Positions 44,826 through 55,488 of a stretch of DNA of 64,000 nucleotides are shown here, in pieces. The notes under the pieces are model-generated. The model was not told the origin of the DNA, did not search any database, and saw only the letters and a program-made list of their open reading frames with translations. Source of the stretch: Minisyncoccota bacterium (GTDB taxonomy: Bacteria > Patescibacteriota > Minisyncoccia > Phycocordibacterales > WO2-35-19); NCBI GenBank assembly GCA_036517255.1, contig DATDXE010000015.1, forward strand, positions 14,568 through 78,567, read 5' to 3'. The first letter of the stretch is position 1, and every line of letters begins with the position of its first letter. The translations under genes were made by a program, and so were the position numbers.

Positions 44826-45113
44826 TTATTCTATTTTATCGCCCTTTTTAAGATAGACGTAAGCTTTTTTTACTCCAGATTTTACTCCTCGCTTTCCTCT
44901 CACCACCACATTTTTAGATGGGTTTAATACTATTCTTACTTTGATCGGAGTAACATCAAAATATGCTTTGATCGCTTTGGCTACAGATATTTTGTTAGCC
45001 TCAGGAGCTATTTCAAAAACATAAACTCCTTTTTCCGAAAGAGCAGTCGCCTTCTCTGTAATCCTAGGGCGCAAAATGACATTCGAGTATTTTGTTTTAA
45101 GATCGGTTGCCAT
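44826..45113 (-). CDS. rplW: 50S ribosomal protein L23
   Basis: PRITEKA; KKAYVYL. Confidence 0.96.
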   Translation of the reverse strand: MATDLKTKYSNVILRPRITEKATALSEKGVYVFEIAPEANKISVAKAIKAYFDVTPIKVRIVLNPSKNVVVRGKRGVKSGVKKAYVYLKKGDKIE

Positions 45114-45114
45114 G

Positions 45115-45777
45115 TTATTTGGAAAGTTTAGCGGAAAGAAGACCTAATGATTTCTCAGGATTTTCTACTATTAAATACTTATATTTCAAAATATCGAGAG
45201 GGTTAAGATTCCTCACTTCCCCTACTTCCAAATTACCAAAATTTTGAAAACTCTTCAGTGTAGGAATTTTCTTATTTTCGAGGGCGAGATAGGCGGCGTT
45301 CCTATTGCGAGTAAGCCCGCCAAAACCTTTTATTTTTGAAAGAGAAGATATTATTGTTTTTGCTTCTCTAGTTTTTGGCCCTGGCACGATAAGAGAGTCG
45401 ACAAAAAGTATTTCCCCTTCTTTATTTTTTCTCGAAAGAATAGTGAACAGGGCTTTGACCTTCATCTTTTTGTTTACCTTTCTGGAGTAATCCTTCTCAT
45501 TCCTTGGGCCGTGAGTGACTCCTCCTCCTACCCATAAAGGAGAACGGCGCGAACCATGCCTGGCTCTACCAGTACCTTTTTGTTTCCAAGGCTTCTTGCC
45601 AGTACCAGCCACTTCGCCACGATTTTTAGTATGAGCTACAGGAGTACGGAGGTTACCCATCATGGAAACAGCAACCTGATGCACAAGAGTTTCATTCCAC
45701 TTCAAACCAAAAACGTCCCCAGGAAGTTTGATTGTTCCCACTTCTTTTCCTGTTTGATTGTAAATTTTTGAATCCAT
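45115..45777 (-). CDS. rplD: 50S ribosomal protein L4
   Basis: KPWKQKGTGRARHGS. Confidence 0.97.
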   Translation of the reverse strand: MDSKIYNQTGKEVGTIKLPGDVFGLKWNETLVHQVAVSMMGNLRTPVAHTKNRGEVAGTGKKPWKQKGTGRARHGSRRSPLWVGGGVTHGPRNEKDYSRKVNKKMKVKALFTILSRKNKEGEILFVDSLIVPGPKTREAKTIISSLSKIKGFGGLTRNRNAAYLALENKKIPTLKSFQNFGNLEVGEVRNLNPLDILKYKYLIVENPEKSLGLLSAKLSK

Positions 45778-45781
45778 ATTC

Positions 45782-46417
45782 TTAATTCATACTCCTTAAT
45801 TCTACTAAAGTTCCCTTCCTGCCTGGGACTGCACCAGAAACTAAAATAGTATTATTTCCAGGATCGACAGCTACAATTTTCAACCCTTTTATAGTTATCC
45901 TGTCGCCACCCATTCTGCCGGCCATTCTCATACCCTTAGCCACACGACCTCCATCTCTGCCACCACCACCAATAGAGCCTGGTTCTCTTTCAGAATGCTT
46001 CTGGCCATGACTCCTCGGGCCTCCATGGAAGCCGTGCCTTTTCACCACCCCTTGAAAACCTTTTCCCTTAGAAATAGAGCTGACCTGCACCTTATCCCCA
46101 ACAGAAAAAATTTCCAAACTTACTTTATCGCCCCTCTTAATCTCGCCCGGGATCTCTCCTCGATACTCCCTCAAATATTCAAAACCTGTTTTCTCTGGTA
46201 ACCCCAAATCTTTTAACTGACCCAAAACTGACTTTGATATATTTTTAGCACGACGGCTACCTGTGCCTACCTGAATAGCAGTATATCCATCCTTATCGAC
46301 TGATTTTACTTGAGTGACAGTAGCCGGGGTAGCACTAAGCATAGTGACAGCCGAAACACGACCGTTTTCGTCAAACACTTGGGTCATATTCACCTTTTTG
46401 GCCAATAGAAATTTCAT
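45782..46417 (-). CDS. rplC: 50S ribosomal protein L3
   Basis: SKGKGFQGVVKRH; GAVPG. Confidence 0.97.
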   Translation of the reverse strand: MKFLLAKKVNMTQVFDENGRVSAVTMLSATPATVTQVKSVDKDGYTAIQVGTGSRRAKNISKSVLGQLKDLGLPEKTGFEYLREYRGEIPGEIKRGDKVSLEIFSVGDKVQVSSISKGKGFQGVVKRHGFHGGPRSHGQKHSEREPGSIGGGGRDGGRVAKGMRMAGRMGGDRITIKGLKIVAVDPGNNTILVSGAVPGRKGTLVELRSMN

Positions 46418-46477
46418 AAAAAAATGCCCTCGGGCGTGACAAACAGATTAACAGATTAACAATTTTAATTCAAGCCC

Positions 46478-46513
46478 AAATCAAAAAGCGCTCCATGGAG
46501 CGCTTTTTGATTT
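46478..46513. terminator. perfect 36-bp palindrome, probable terminator between rpsJ and rplC
   Basis: AAATCAAAAAGCGCTCCATGGAGCGCTTTTTGATTT. Confidence 0.75.
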
Positions 46514-46535
46514 TTGGTAATCTTTTGAAACAAAA

Positions 46536-46922
46536 TTACATTATCTTCACGTCTATATTAACACCGGAAGGCAAGGAGAGGTTAGTCAGGGCTTCCATTA
46601 CTTTGGGTGATGGGTTGATGACGTCGATCACTCTCTTATGCACCCTCATCTCAAACTGCTCACGAGCATTTTTGTAGACGAAGGGAGAACGATTGACAGT
46701 ATATTTCTTAATTTCAGTCGGCATAGGCATCGGACCGACTACTTTGGCATCATAGCGCAAAGCAGTGTCGATGATTTGCTTTACCGAAATATCGAGAATT
46801 TTATACTCATAAGCTCTCACCCGTATGCGCAACTTCGAAATAGCTTCCTCTTTTTTCACTCTCTTCAGAACAGGGGTTTTCTTCTTTACTGTTGTTTTCT
46901 TTTTTGAAGTTGCTTCTACCAT
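46536..46922 (-). CDS. rpsJ: 30S ribosomal protein S10 with a Lys-rich N-terminal extension
   Basis: GPMPMPT; REQFEMRVHKR. Confidence 0.96.
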   Translation of the reverse strand: MVEATSKKKTTVKKKTPVLKRVKKEEAISKLRIRVRAYEYKILDISVKQIIDTALRYDAKVVGPMPMPTEIKKYTVNRSPFVYKNAREQFEMRVHKRVIDVINPSPKVMEALTNLSLPSGVNIDVKIM

Positions 46923-46939
46923 TTTCTTGAAAGAAGAAA

Positions 46940-48142
46940 TTATGCAACAATCTTTGTTACGGCACCGGCTCCTACAGTTTTACCTCCTTCGCGAATAGCA
47001 AACCTCTGTTTATCCTCGAGAGCAATAGGAGCAACCAACTTTACTTTGAATGTGGCTGTGTCTCCCGGCATTACCATTTCTACACCTTCTTTCAAAGTAA
47101 CTTCTCCAGTCACATCTGTCGTTCTGATATAGAACTGCGGCTTATAGCCAGTAAAGAATGGAGTATGGCGACCACCTTCTTCTTTCTTCAAGATATACAC
47201 TTCAGCTTCAAATTCAGTATGAGGATTGACCGATCCTGGCTTTGCCAAAACCTGACCTCGATGTACATCTTCCTTCTTCAAGCCTCGGAGCAAGATTCCG
47301 GCGTTGTCCCCCGCTTGAGCTTCTTGTAATTGCTTGTTAAACATTTCAACTCCAGTAATAGTAGTTTTTTGAGCATCTTTGAGACCTATAACTTCTACTT
47401 CTTCACCCACCTTAGCCATACCTCTTTCTACTTTTCCAGTAACCACTGTACCACGGCCTTCGATTGAGAATATATCTTCGATCGGCATTAGGAATGGCTT
47501 ATCGGTTTCCCTTACTGGCATTGGGATGAAAGTATCAAGAGTGTTTATGAGTTCCAATACTTTCATAGCCCATTCATCGGAAGCGTCCTTAGCATCAAGA
47601 GCCTTAAGGCCAGAACCACGGATGATAGGAGTAGCGGCGCCATCATAGCCGTTCTTGGTAAGAAGTTCGCGCACCTCTTCCTCCACAAGATCAATAAGGT
47701 CCTTATCAGGCACCATATCGCATTTGTTCAAGAACACTACAATTTTAGGTACACCAACTTGTTTTGCGAGCAAAATGTGCTCACGGGTTTGAGGCATCAC
47801 ACCATCAGTAGCAGCGACTACAAGCACCGCGCCATCCATTTGAGCGGCACCAGTAATCATGTTTTTAATGTAGTCAGCGTGACCTGGGGCATCAATGTGA
47901 GCGTAGTGACGAGCCGCTGTCCAATATTCAGAGTGGTGAAGGGCGATGGTGATGCCTCTAGCCTTTTCTTCAGGAGCATTGTCAATGCCATTTACATCTT
48001 CTACCCTAGCACCGTAACCCTTATCTTTATTCATATCAAGCACCTTCAATATAGACGCTGTAAGAGTCGTTTTGCCGTGGTCGACGTGGCCAATTGTACC
48101 TACGTTGATGTGCGGCTTGCTTCGATCAAAAGTATCTGCCAT
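46940..48142 (-). CDS. tuf: elongation factor Tu
   Basis: [26 protein letters not shown]. Confidence 0.98.
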   Translation of the reverse strand: MADTFDRSKPHINVGTIGHVDHGKTTLTASILKVLDMNKDKGYGARVEDVNGIDNAPEEKARGITIALHHSEYWTAARHYAHIDAPGHADYIKNMITGAAQMDGAVLVVAATDGVMPQTREHILLAKQVGVPKIVVFLNKCDMVPDKDLIDLVEEEVRELLTKNGYDGAATPIIRGSGLKALDAKDASDEWAMKVLELINTLDTFIPMPVRETDKPFLMPIEDIFSIEGRGTVVTGKVERGMAKVGEEVEVIGLKDAQKTTITGVEMFNKQLQEAQAGDNAGILLRGLKKEDVHRGQVLAKPGSVNPHTEFEAEVYILKKEEGGRHTPFFTGYKPQFYIRTTDVTGEVTLKEGVEMVMPGDTATFKVKLVAPIALEDKQRFAIREGGKTVGAGAVTKIVA

Positions 48143-48305
48143 GTTTTTAAATATTAACTAATTAATTATAAATTTGACTAAACCTTAAACTGGCGACCTA
48201 AACTAACACGCACAAGGCCGCACTATTTTTAGAGTAGTTACAATTCTAACAAAAGAAATAAAATGATGCAAGAGCTGGCAAGAATTAGTATAGACGGCAA
48301 TTCTA

Positions 48306-48605
48306 CTAAGTCATAAGGAGGCTAGTCATTTTCTTCAAGCGACCAAGTTCTTCAGAAACTATGGTCGGGAATTGAGGCACTCGTTCCTGGAAAAAGCCCA
48401 TTATTTTTTGATAGTCAGCTCCAGCAGCACCAAGCATCTTCTCATATTCATCAAGGTCTTTCTCAACAAGAGAATCAAAGGAGCGCTCAAGTACCGACTC
48501 AAAAAGCATATTACCCACTTTCTCTATCATTCGCTCCTGTTCAAGCGGCGACAGGCCAGCAAAACCGAAATCGTGAGCTATTTTTGATTTAATATCTGGA
48601 TTCAT
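48306..48605 (-). CDS. small helical hypothetical protein
   Basis: 99-aa ORF co-oriented with its neighbours between fusA and tuf. Confidence 0.7.
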   Translation of the reverse strand: MNPDIKSKIAHDFGFAGLSPLEQERMIEKVGNMLFESVLERSFDSLVEKDLDEYEKMLGAAGADYQKIMGFFQERVPQFPTIVSEELGRLKKMTSLLMT

Positions 48606-48632
48606 TTATTCATGTTAATTATAGCATCTGTG

Positions 48633-51278
48633 TTAGGCCACTTGTTGAAGTTGTGCAGAATTAAAATTGTTTCGATGGTTTGACAAGATAAACCCTCCCA
48701 ACCTTTTAACGTAAGTAGCCACATTTTCCCTGTCAGAAGGAACTACTTTACCCTCCGCCATTTTTACAAGTTCTGTCATGTGGTGAAGCATTTTCTGATG
48801 TGCTGGCACCTCTTTCAATTCCTGTTGTATATCAGAAGATAAATCACTTTCATTTGAATCCTCAGTATAAAATTCGAGAACTTTTTTAGCTGACAGAGTG
48901 CTCATAAACTTCCAATTTTCAGTCCTAATGCCAGGCACCTTACTAAGGCCAAACATGGCCTTTTCTGTGTATACAGAGTTAATATCATCCCTAAAGGCGA
49001 CTTCTATTTGTTGTGCAAAAGCCGGATCCAAACTTATATTGCTTGGCCTAGTAACTCCAATTTCCGGCTTTGATAAGTGGTCGGTATCGGCATAAACATT
49101 CCTGTCCAGTTTAGGTTTTGGAAGTTCAATTTCTGCCACTTCTGCCACTTCTTCTGAAATACTAATTTTATCTTTATTATTTAAAATTTCGGCGACAGAT
49201 TCATGATTTATTTCTGCATCAGGATGAGCTTCTACAAAAGCTTTCACAGAATTAGTGCTTCCTAATATAGAGTTCTTTTGAGAATCAGAAAGCTTTATGG
49301 CTTTTTCGATAAATTGATCGAGCTCTTGTTTGCTACCTATAACTTCACTTGCATTAATTTTTTGTCCGGCAAAAAGCATCGGCCCGGCACCTGGAGTTTT
49401 AGCTTCTGGCAATCCATAACTTGTCGGATCTTTCAAATCACGATTGGTAATGGCACTAATAACATAAGTTTTTTGAGCTTGATCGAGAGAACTGAACTTA
49501 GGGTGATCCTTCAACCCTTCTTCCGCTATTTTCCAAATAGAATTAACTTTTTTCGGAGTAAGCTCCACTATCCGCTCCGGCAAAAGAGATGAGGTCTCTG
49601 AAGTTGTAGGTTGCACAAGAGAAGGTTCTATCTCTGGTTCTGGTTTAAGCTCAGAAATAACAGAAGTTTCCTCAGGAGCATTGAATATAGGGGCATCAGG
49701 CCTAGGAGGAACGACGACTGGAGGTTCTGGAGTACTCTGACTTTCTGGAGTTATTTCTGTTTTACTTCCTCCTAAACCAAAATGACTATTGAGATCCATG
49801 GCACCAGAGAGAAAGCCTAACCCTGCCCCAGCACCAAAAGCGACAGCTGACTTGGCCAATATTCTTCTCTTTTTATCGGCCGCCGTTTCTTTTTCTATTT
49901 TTTCATAACTACCCATAGCTGATTTCAGATCGGTTTCATTATAAGAATATTTTAGCTTTTCTTTTTTATCTTCACCTTTAGCTTCAGCTTTCTCCGTAGA
50001 GAAAATCCTTTGAGCTCCAGCATTAACTGCGGCCATCACAGGCATCGCCGCAAGTCCTCTTAAGCCTCTAGCCCCCACATACCCAACAGCTGCGGTGGCA
50101 CCCAAGAAACCAGTGGTATATCCAGCAACCCCAAAGAGAAGTGTGCTTATGGCTAATCGTTTATATTTATTTTGACTTGCATACCACTGTAAGCTCTTAA
50201 ACATTGCTTCCTTAACTCTTTCTGCTAATACTGATTTTTCCCCTTCTCTAAGCCTTGCTCTCTCGACCATCATATTCTTATGTTCGACTACCACAACCTC
50301 ATCCATCACCCTTCTTTTCATCTCGTGATGAGCTCTCTCAAGTTGTATTGAGTGTACTTCTCCATGACCTTCGATTTCATGTTTCAAATAAACTTCGTCT
50401 CTTATTTTGAGTGACTCTTGATCCAGAGCTGCGTAGTAAGCACCTTCAGCCTCTTGGAGTTCAAGAGCTCCTGCGTTTTCTATGCCGCTTTTTTTATTTA
50501 TCCTCTCCTGCTCAAGCAGCCTTGCATAATTAGTACGCAAAATATCTAAAGAAACCCCAGCCTCTAAAACAGGCTCGGCCATTTGTATTCCACCAGCAGG
50601 TGCCACTGGTATTTCTTGAAGGGCCCCAGATTCTGGGTGTGTAATTTGTTCATTATCACTTAATGCAGAAGCTATTTCATTTGCTAATTTTTGTTTTTCT
50701 TGCTCTTCAATATCATCCACTTTAGGTGCGGCTTCGACTACAGGTTCAGTTTTAGGCTCAACATTCTGTCCTGGAACTACCTCTACTTTCGGCAAAACAT
50801 CGATAACCTCATTAGCTGTTACTCCTATACCTATAACTATCTGATCTCCATGAGGAAACACTCCTCTTTGATTATCTAAAATAATTATTTTTGGAAGAGA
50901 GATTAAAACCTCTCCAGACTTTACTTTTTCTATAACTTCACACAAAGAATACAAAGTGCCTTCTATCCCTTGAAGTTGTTCCGCTTTAAGATTTTCTGGC
51001 TTAAGAGCGGGCGATAATTTTATTTCGATACCTAGACCACTTTCGTTTACAAGCTTATTAGTTTCATCAAGCTTTTCGACAAGACTAGCCAAATCTTCTG
51101 TATTGTCTGGCAATTTCTCTAGAGCCTGTGGAGCTAAAGATTTTTTTATATTTGCATCTCGGTACTTATTGGCAGTACTACGATCAAATTGACTCATAAA
51201 ATCTTTCACCTGCTCTCTTGAAAGACCTTTTTTCTCTCCCATTCTCTCTCCTGGTTCAAAATTGGAAGCTGTAGCCAT
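48633..51278 (-). CDS. large hypothetical protein with central Gly/Ala-rich hydrophobic segments and a Pro-rich linker
   Basis: 881-aa ORF; TGnTATTAT 6 nt upstream of ATG. Confidence 0.8.
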   Translation of the reverse strand: MATASNFEPGERMGEKKGLSREQVKDFMSQFDRSTANKYRDANIKKSLAPQALEKLPDNTEDLASLVEKLDETNKLVNESGLGIEIKLSPALKPENLKAEQLQGIEGTLYSLCEVIEKVKSGEVLISLPKIIILDNQRGVFPHGDQIVIGIGVTANEVIDVLPKVEVVPGQNVEPKTEPVVEAAPKVDDIEEQEKQKLANEIASALSDNEQITHPESGALQEIPVAPAGGIQMAEPVLEAGVSLDILRTNYARLLEQERINKKSGIENAGALELQEAEGAYYAALDQESLKIRDEVYLKHEIEGHGEVHSIQLERAHHEMKRRVMDEVVVVEHKNMMVERARLREGEKSVLAERVKEAMFKSLQWYASQNKYKRLAISTLLFGVAGYTTGFLGATAAVGYVGARGLRGLAAMPVMAAVNAGAQRIFSTEKAEAKGEDKKEKLKYSYNETDLKSAMGSYEKIEKETAADKKRRILAKSAVAFGAGAGLGFLSGAMDLNSHFGLGGSKTEITPESQSTPEPPVVVPPRPDAPIFNAPEETSVISELKPEPEIEPSLVQPTTSETSSLLPERIVELTPKKVNSIWKIAEEGLKDHPKFSSLDQAQKTYVISAITNRDLKDPTSYGLPEAKTPGAGPMLFAGQKINASEVIGSKQELDQFIEKAIKLSDSQKNSILGSTNSVKAFVEAHPDAEINHESVAEILNNKDKISISEEVAEVAEIELPKPKLDRNVYADTDHLSKPEIGVTRPSNISLDPAFAQQIEVAFRDDINSVYTEKAMFGLSKVPGIRTENWKFMSTLSAKKVLEFYTEDSNESDLSSDIQQELKEVPAHQKMLHHMTELVKMAEGKVVPSDRENVATYVKRLGGFILSNHRNNFNSAQLQQVA

Positions 51279-51370
51279 AAAATAATAATAACACCGTAAA
51301 CAAAAATCACCAGTCTCTTCTGACGATTCTTGACTTTCAACTTTATAAACTTATGAACTTTTTGACTAAA

Positions 51371-53530
51371 CTACTTATTCCTAGACTCAGCAATAGCATT
51401 CGCTACGTTCGGCGGGACAATAGCATAATGATCAAATTCCATGTTGGCACTGCCTCGGCCTTCTGTCATAGAACGCAAAGTAGTAACGAAGCCGAAAAGC
51501 TCAGCTAGAGGCACTTTAGCTCTTACTAATTTCAAACCAAAACGATCCTCCATCGCCTCCACAGCACCTCGTTTGGAAGAAAGGTAACCGGTGATATCGC
51601 CCATAAACTTTTCAGGCACTACCACCTCGATTTTCATAATAGGTTCGAGAATGACTGGTTTTGCTTTCTTCGCGGCTTCCTGGAAGGCTTGCGAAGCGGC
51701 TATTTTGTAGGCAATTTCAGAAGAGTCAACATCGTGGTAGGAACCAAATGTCAGTTCGCAAGAAATATCGGTCATCTTATAACCAGCTACCACTCCGCGC
51801 TCCATCGATTCTTTCACTCCTTTTTCAACGGCAGGAATAAATTCTTGTGGAATAACTCCTCCCTTAATGGAATCGATAAACTCAAAACCTTCATCACGAT
51901 GAACATTTTTAGGTAATTTTTTCTCTGGATCGGCTAAAGGCTGGAGAGGTTTAATTTTAATTTTAACGTGACCGTATTGACCCTTACCACCAGTTTGTTT
52001 GATATATTTATTTTCCACTTCCGCTTCTCCAGTAATAGTTTCCTTGTAGGCTACCTGAGGGGCGCCGACATTGGCTTCCACGCTAAACTCCCTCTTCATA
52101 CGATCGACAATAATTTCAAGATGCAACTCACCCATACCCATGATAACTGTTTCTCCGGTATCGGTATCGCTCTTTATTCTAAATGTCGGATCTTCATCGG
52201 CAAGACGGTGCAAAGCCATACCCATTTTTTCTTGATCGGCTTTGGTTTTTGGTTCAATACGGAGTGAAATAACAGGCTCTGGAAATACTATCTGATCAAG
52301 CATAATAGGGTTACTCTCGTCACAGAAAGTGTGTGAAGTTTTAGCTGTTTTCAAGCCTACGGCGGCAGCAATTTCTCCAGCAAAAACTTTTTTTACCTCT
52401 TCCCTTTGATTGGCTTGCAAACGAACGATACGACCAAGGCGCTCCTTATCACCAGTAGTCACATTATAGATATAACTTCCAGCCTCGATAGTACCTGAGT
52501 AAACACGGAAGAATGTCAGTTGACCCACAAAAGGATCAGCCTGTAATTTGAAAGCTAGAGCAGAGAAAGGTTCAGTATCAGAAGCATGCCTAGTGACCTC
52601 CTCGCCAGTTAAAGGATTGAGTCCTTTCACAGGAGGAATGTCGAGAGGACTAGGAAGATAATCTACCACAGCGTCAAGCACTAACTGAACTCCTTTATTT
52701 TTAAGAGCAGAACCAGTAAGGACTGGGAAAATTTTGTTCTCGATAACAGCCTTACGAAGAGTTTCTTTGAGAAGCGGCAGGGAGACTTCAACCCCCTCTA
52801 GATACTTAGTCATCAAAGCTTCATCGTTCTCTACTATTCTTTCAACTAGTTCGCCACGATATTTTTCAGCCTCAGCTCTTAAGCTTTCTGGAAAAGTCAC
52901 TTCTACTACTTCGTTTCCAAGCTGACCTATAAATCCATAGGCCTTCATAGTAAGAAGGTCGATCACTCCCTCATGTTTGTCCTCTTCTCCAATCGGTATT
53001 TGCATACGCACGGCTTTTTTCGAAAGTCTATCGAGAATCGATTTGTATGATCGTTCAAAGGAAGCCCCTGTTCTATCGAGTTTGTTGATAAAACAGATGC
53101 GAGGTACGTTTGCCTCCTCAGCATAACGCCAATTAGTTTCAGACTGAGGCTCTACACCAGCCACACCGTCGAATACTACTACGGCTCCGTCGAGTACTCT
53201 TAGAGATCTTTTTACTTCTACGGTGAAATCGATGTGGCCAGGAGTATCAATGATGTTAAACCTATATTTGTTGGCAGAATTGGTACGGTCTTCTACTGAA
53301 AGATGGGTAGGGCCCCAGAAGCAAGTAATAGCAGCGGCAGTAATAGTGATGCCCCTCTCTCTTTCCTGCTCCATCCAATCGGTAGTAGTTTCTCCCTCAT
53401 GCACTTCGCCGATTTTATGTTGCGCTCCAGTATAAAACAAAATGCGTTCCGACACCGTCGTCTTCCCTGCATCAATATGAGCGATGATTCCGAAATTCCT
53501 AACTCTTTCTAAAGGATAATCTCTGTTCAT
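51371..53530 (-). CDS. fusA: elongation factor G
   Basis: AHIDAGKTT, ERGITI, DTPGHIDF, GMGELHLEI, GSYHDVDSS. Confidence 0.98.
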   Translation of the reverse strand: MNRDYPLERVRNFGIIAHIDAGKTTVSERILFYTGAQHKIGEVHEGETTTDWMEQERERGITITAAAITCFWGPTHLSVEDRTNSANKYRFNIIDTPGHIDFTVEVKRSLRVLDGAVVVFDGVAGVEPQSETNWRYAEEANVPRICFINKLDRTGASFERSYKSILDRLSKKAVRMQIPIGEEDKHEGVIDLLTMKAYGFIGQLGNEVVEVTFPESLRAEAEKYRGELVERIVENDEALMTKYLEGVEVSLPLLKETLRKAVIENKIFPVLTGSALKNKGVQLVLDAVVDYLPSPLDIPPVKGLNPLTGEEVTRHASDTEPFSALAFKLQADPFVGQLTFFRVYSGTIEAGSYIYNVTTGDKERLGRIVRLQANQREEVKKVFAGEIAAAVGLKTAKTSHTFCDESNPIMLDQIVFPEPVISLRIEPKTKADQEKMGMALHRLADEDPTFRIKSDTDTGETVIMGMGELHLEIIVDRMKREFSVEANVGAPQVAYKETITGEAEVENKYIKQTGGKGQYGHVKIKIKPLQPLADPEKKLPKNVHRDEGFEFIDSIKGGVIPQEFIPAVEKGVKESMERGVVAGYKMTDISCELTFGSYHDVDSSEIAYKIAASQAFQEAAKKAKPVILEPIMKIEVVVPEKFMGDITGYLSSKRGAVEAMEDRFGLKLVRAKVPLAELFGFVTTLRSMTEGRGSANMEFDHYAIVPPNVANAIAESRNK

Positions 53531-53593
53531 TTTTTAAATTTAAAATTTATTTAACTTCTCGACTTACTCGGAGTAATTTTTGCGAAGCAAAAA

Positions 53594-54064
53594 TTACCAG
53601 GCAAAATGAGCAAAAGCTTTGTTTGCTTCAGCCATTTTATGAGTGTTCTCACGTTTTCTGATAGCTTCACCCTCATTTTTAGAAGCCAAGATTATCTCTT
53701 CAGCCAACTTTTCTGCCATTGGCTTACCCTTCTTGGCTTTAGCGGCCTCTATAACCCACTTCATACCGAGGTATAGGCGACGCTCAGGCCTTACTTCTCT
53801 CGGAACTTGATAATTAGCACCTCCCACTCGGCGAGAACGTACCTCCATTGTTGGGCCAGTGTTATTCAAAGCTGTTTCAAATATAACTATCGGATCTTCC
53901 ACCTTCTCCTTCTCTTTTATCAAATCAAAAGATGTATACACTATTTTACGAGCAGTATTTTTTTTCCCCTCCTGCATAACATAATTGATAAACTTCTCGA
54001 TTTTGGTCGAATTAAATTGAATATCAGGCTTTACTATATTTCTATTTTTAACTTTTCTTCTCAT
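53594..54064 (-). CDS. rpsG: 30S ribosomal protein S7
   Basis: RRVGGANYQVP; HKMAEANKAFAHF. Confidence 0.98.
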   Translation of the reverse strand: MRRKVKNRNIVKPDIQFNSTKIEKFINYVMQEGKKNTARKIVYTSFDLIKEKEKVEDPIVIFETALNNTGPTMEVRSRRVGGANYQVPREVRPERRLYLGMKWVIEAAKAKKGKPMAEKLAEEIILASKNEGEAIRKRENTHKMAEANKAFAHFAW

Positions 54065-54067
54065 CTT

Positions 54068-54478
54068 TTATTTTTTCGGCCTCTTAGCTCCATAAGTAGA
54101 ACGTGAAGTCATGCGTTTTTCCACACCTCCAGCATCGAGCTTGCCACGTACGATGGTATAACGGACACCGATATCCTTCACTCGGCCTCCTCGAAGCACT
54201 ACCATCGAGTGCTCCTGTAAGTTGTGGCCAATACCAGGGATATAAGCGGTGACTTCCATACCATTAGTAAGACGGACCCTGGCTATTTTACGGATAGCAG
54301 AGTTAGGTTTGCGAGGAGTTTTAGTAGTAACCTTTGTACATACGCCTCTTTTAAAAGGTGAAGCATAGTATACCGGCCTATTTTTCAAAGTATTGAAACC
54401 GCGAGCTAAAGCTACCGCTTTTGACTTAGCATGCATTTTTTTCCTCTTCTTTTTTACTAACTGATTGATGGTCGACAT
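54068..54478 (-). CDS. rpsL: 30S ribosomal protein S12
   Basis: MSTINQLV; KPNSAIRK; [14 protein letters not shown]. Confidence 0.97.
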   Translation of the reverse strand: MSTINQLVKKKRKKMHAKSKAVALARGFNTLKNRPVYYASPFKRGVCTKVTTKTPRKPNSAIRKIARVRLTNGMEVTAYIPGIGHNLQEHSMVVLRGGRVKDIGVRYTIVRGKLDAGGVEKRMTSRSTYGAKRPKK

Positions 54479-54576
54479 ATAAAAATCCCCGACCGACCAA
54501 GCTTCGCTAGTTCGAAGCGGGCGGGCCTTCCGGGACAACTGACATAATTTAATACAAACCCTCCTAAAAAGCAAAT

Positions 54577-55191
54577 TTAGAAAAATGAAGAACCGACAAG
54601 GAGTTTAAAGAGGACGGAAGCGGCTGGAGAAAGAAAGGGCCAGAGGACAAAAACAAAGAGGAAAACTAGTGGAAGACCCCAGCGTTCGACACTAGTCCGA
54701 AGATGCTGCAGGTGGTAAGGCAAAATAGCAAAAAGTATTTTTGAGCCATCGAGAGGAGGAATAGGAATGAGGTTGAAAAGAGCCAATACTATATTTATAA
54801 AAACCAAGTAGCCCGATAAGAAAAAGAATCCTTCTGACGTTACCCCATACGCCGCCGCTCCTCTTATAATAAGAGCGAAGACTATAGCCATGATTATATT
54901 TGAAAGCGGCCCAGCTAAAGCCACTATGGCTTCGCCCCACTTTTTATTACTTAGGTTATATGGATTGAAAGGAACAGGCTTGGCCCAACCGATAATCACG
55001 CCCCCGACAAAAAAACCTATTAAAGGTACTAATATAGAGCCAACAGGATCAATGTGTGAAATAGGATTTAAAGTGAGCCTACCTTCATACTTAGCGGTCG
55101 GGTCGCCAAGCCACAAAGCAGCATAGCCGTGGGATACTTCGTGAATCACGACCGAAAAAAGAAGTATTAGGATAATAAAAATAAATTCCAT
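54577..55191 (-). CDS. site-2 protease (peptidase M50)
   Basis: HEVSH; AGPLSN; [10 protein letters not shown]. Confidence 0.92.
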   Translation of the reverse strand: MEFIFIILILLFSVVIHEVSHGYAALWLGDPTAKYEGRLTLNPISHIDPVGSILVPLIGFFVGGVIIGWAKPVPFNPYNLSNKKWGEAIVALAGPLSNIIMAIVFALIIRGAAAYGVTSEGFFFLSGYLVFINIVLALFNLIPIPPLDGSKILFAILPYHLQHLRTSVERWGLPLVFLFVFVLWPFLSPAASVLFKLLVGSSFF

Positions 55192-55230
55192 TTTGCTTAT
55201 ATTAGACTTTATGCTAACATAGTCAGCACT

Positions 55231-55473
55231 ATGGCTAAAGTATGCGCGATTACAAATAAGAGCTCACAAGTTGGAGGACGCTACTCCAACAGGACTCGTG
55301 CTCTCCAATTCAACCCTTGCGGTGATGTAAGGCGCTATGCCAACATGCAAAAAAAACGCATCTTCGTACCTGAGCTCAATAAAACCATCACTCTCACCCT
55401 TTCCGCTCGGGGTATCAAAACTATTCAAAAGAAAGGCGCTTTTGCTACTCTAAAAGAAGCCGGGATAATTTAA
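55231..55473 (+). CDS. rpmB: 50S ribosomal protein L28
   Basis: MAKVCAIT..RR..NMQKKR..LSARGIKTI. Confidence 0.85.
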   Translation: MAKVCAITNKSSQVGGRYSNRTRALQFNPCGDVRRYANMQKKRIFVPELNKTITLTLSARGIKTIQKKGAFATLKEAGII

Positions 55474-55488
55474 CCCCACCCTCAGGTG

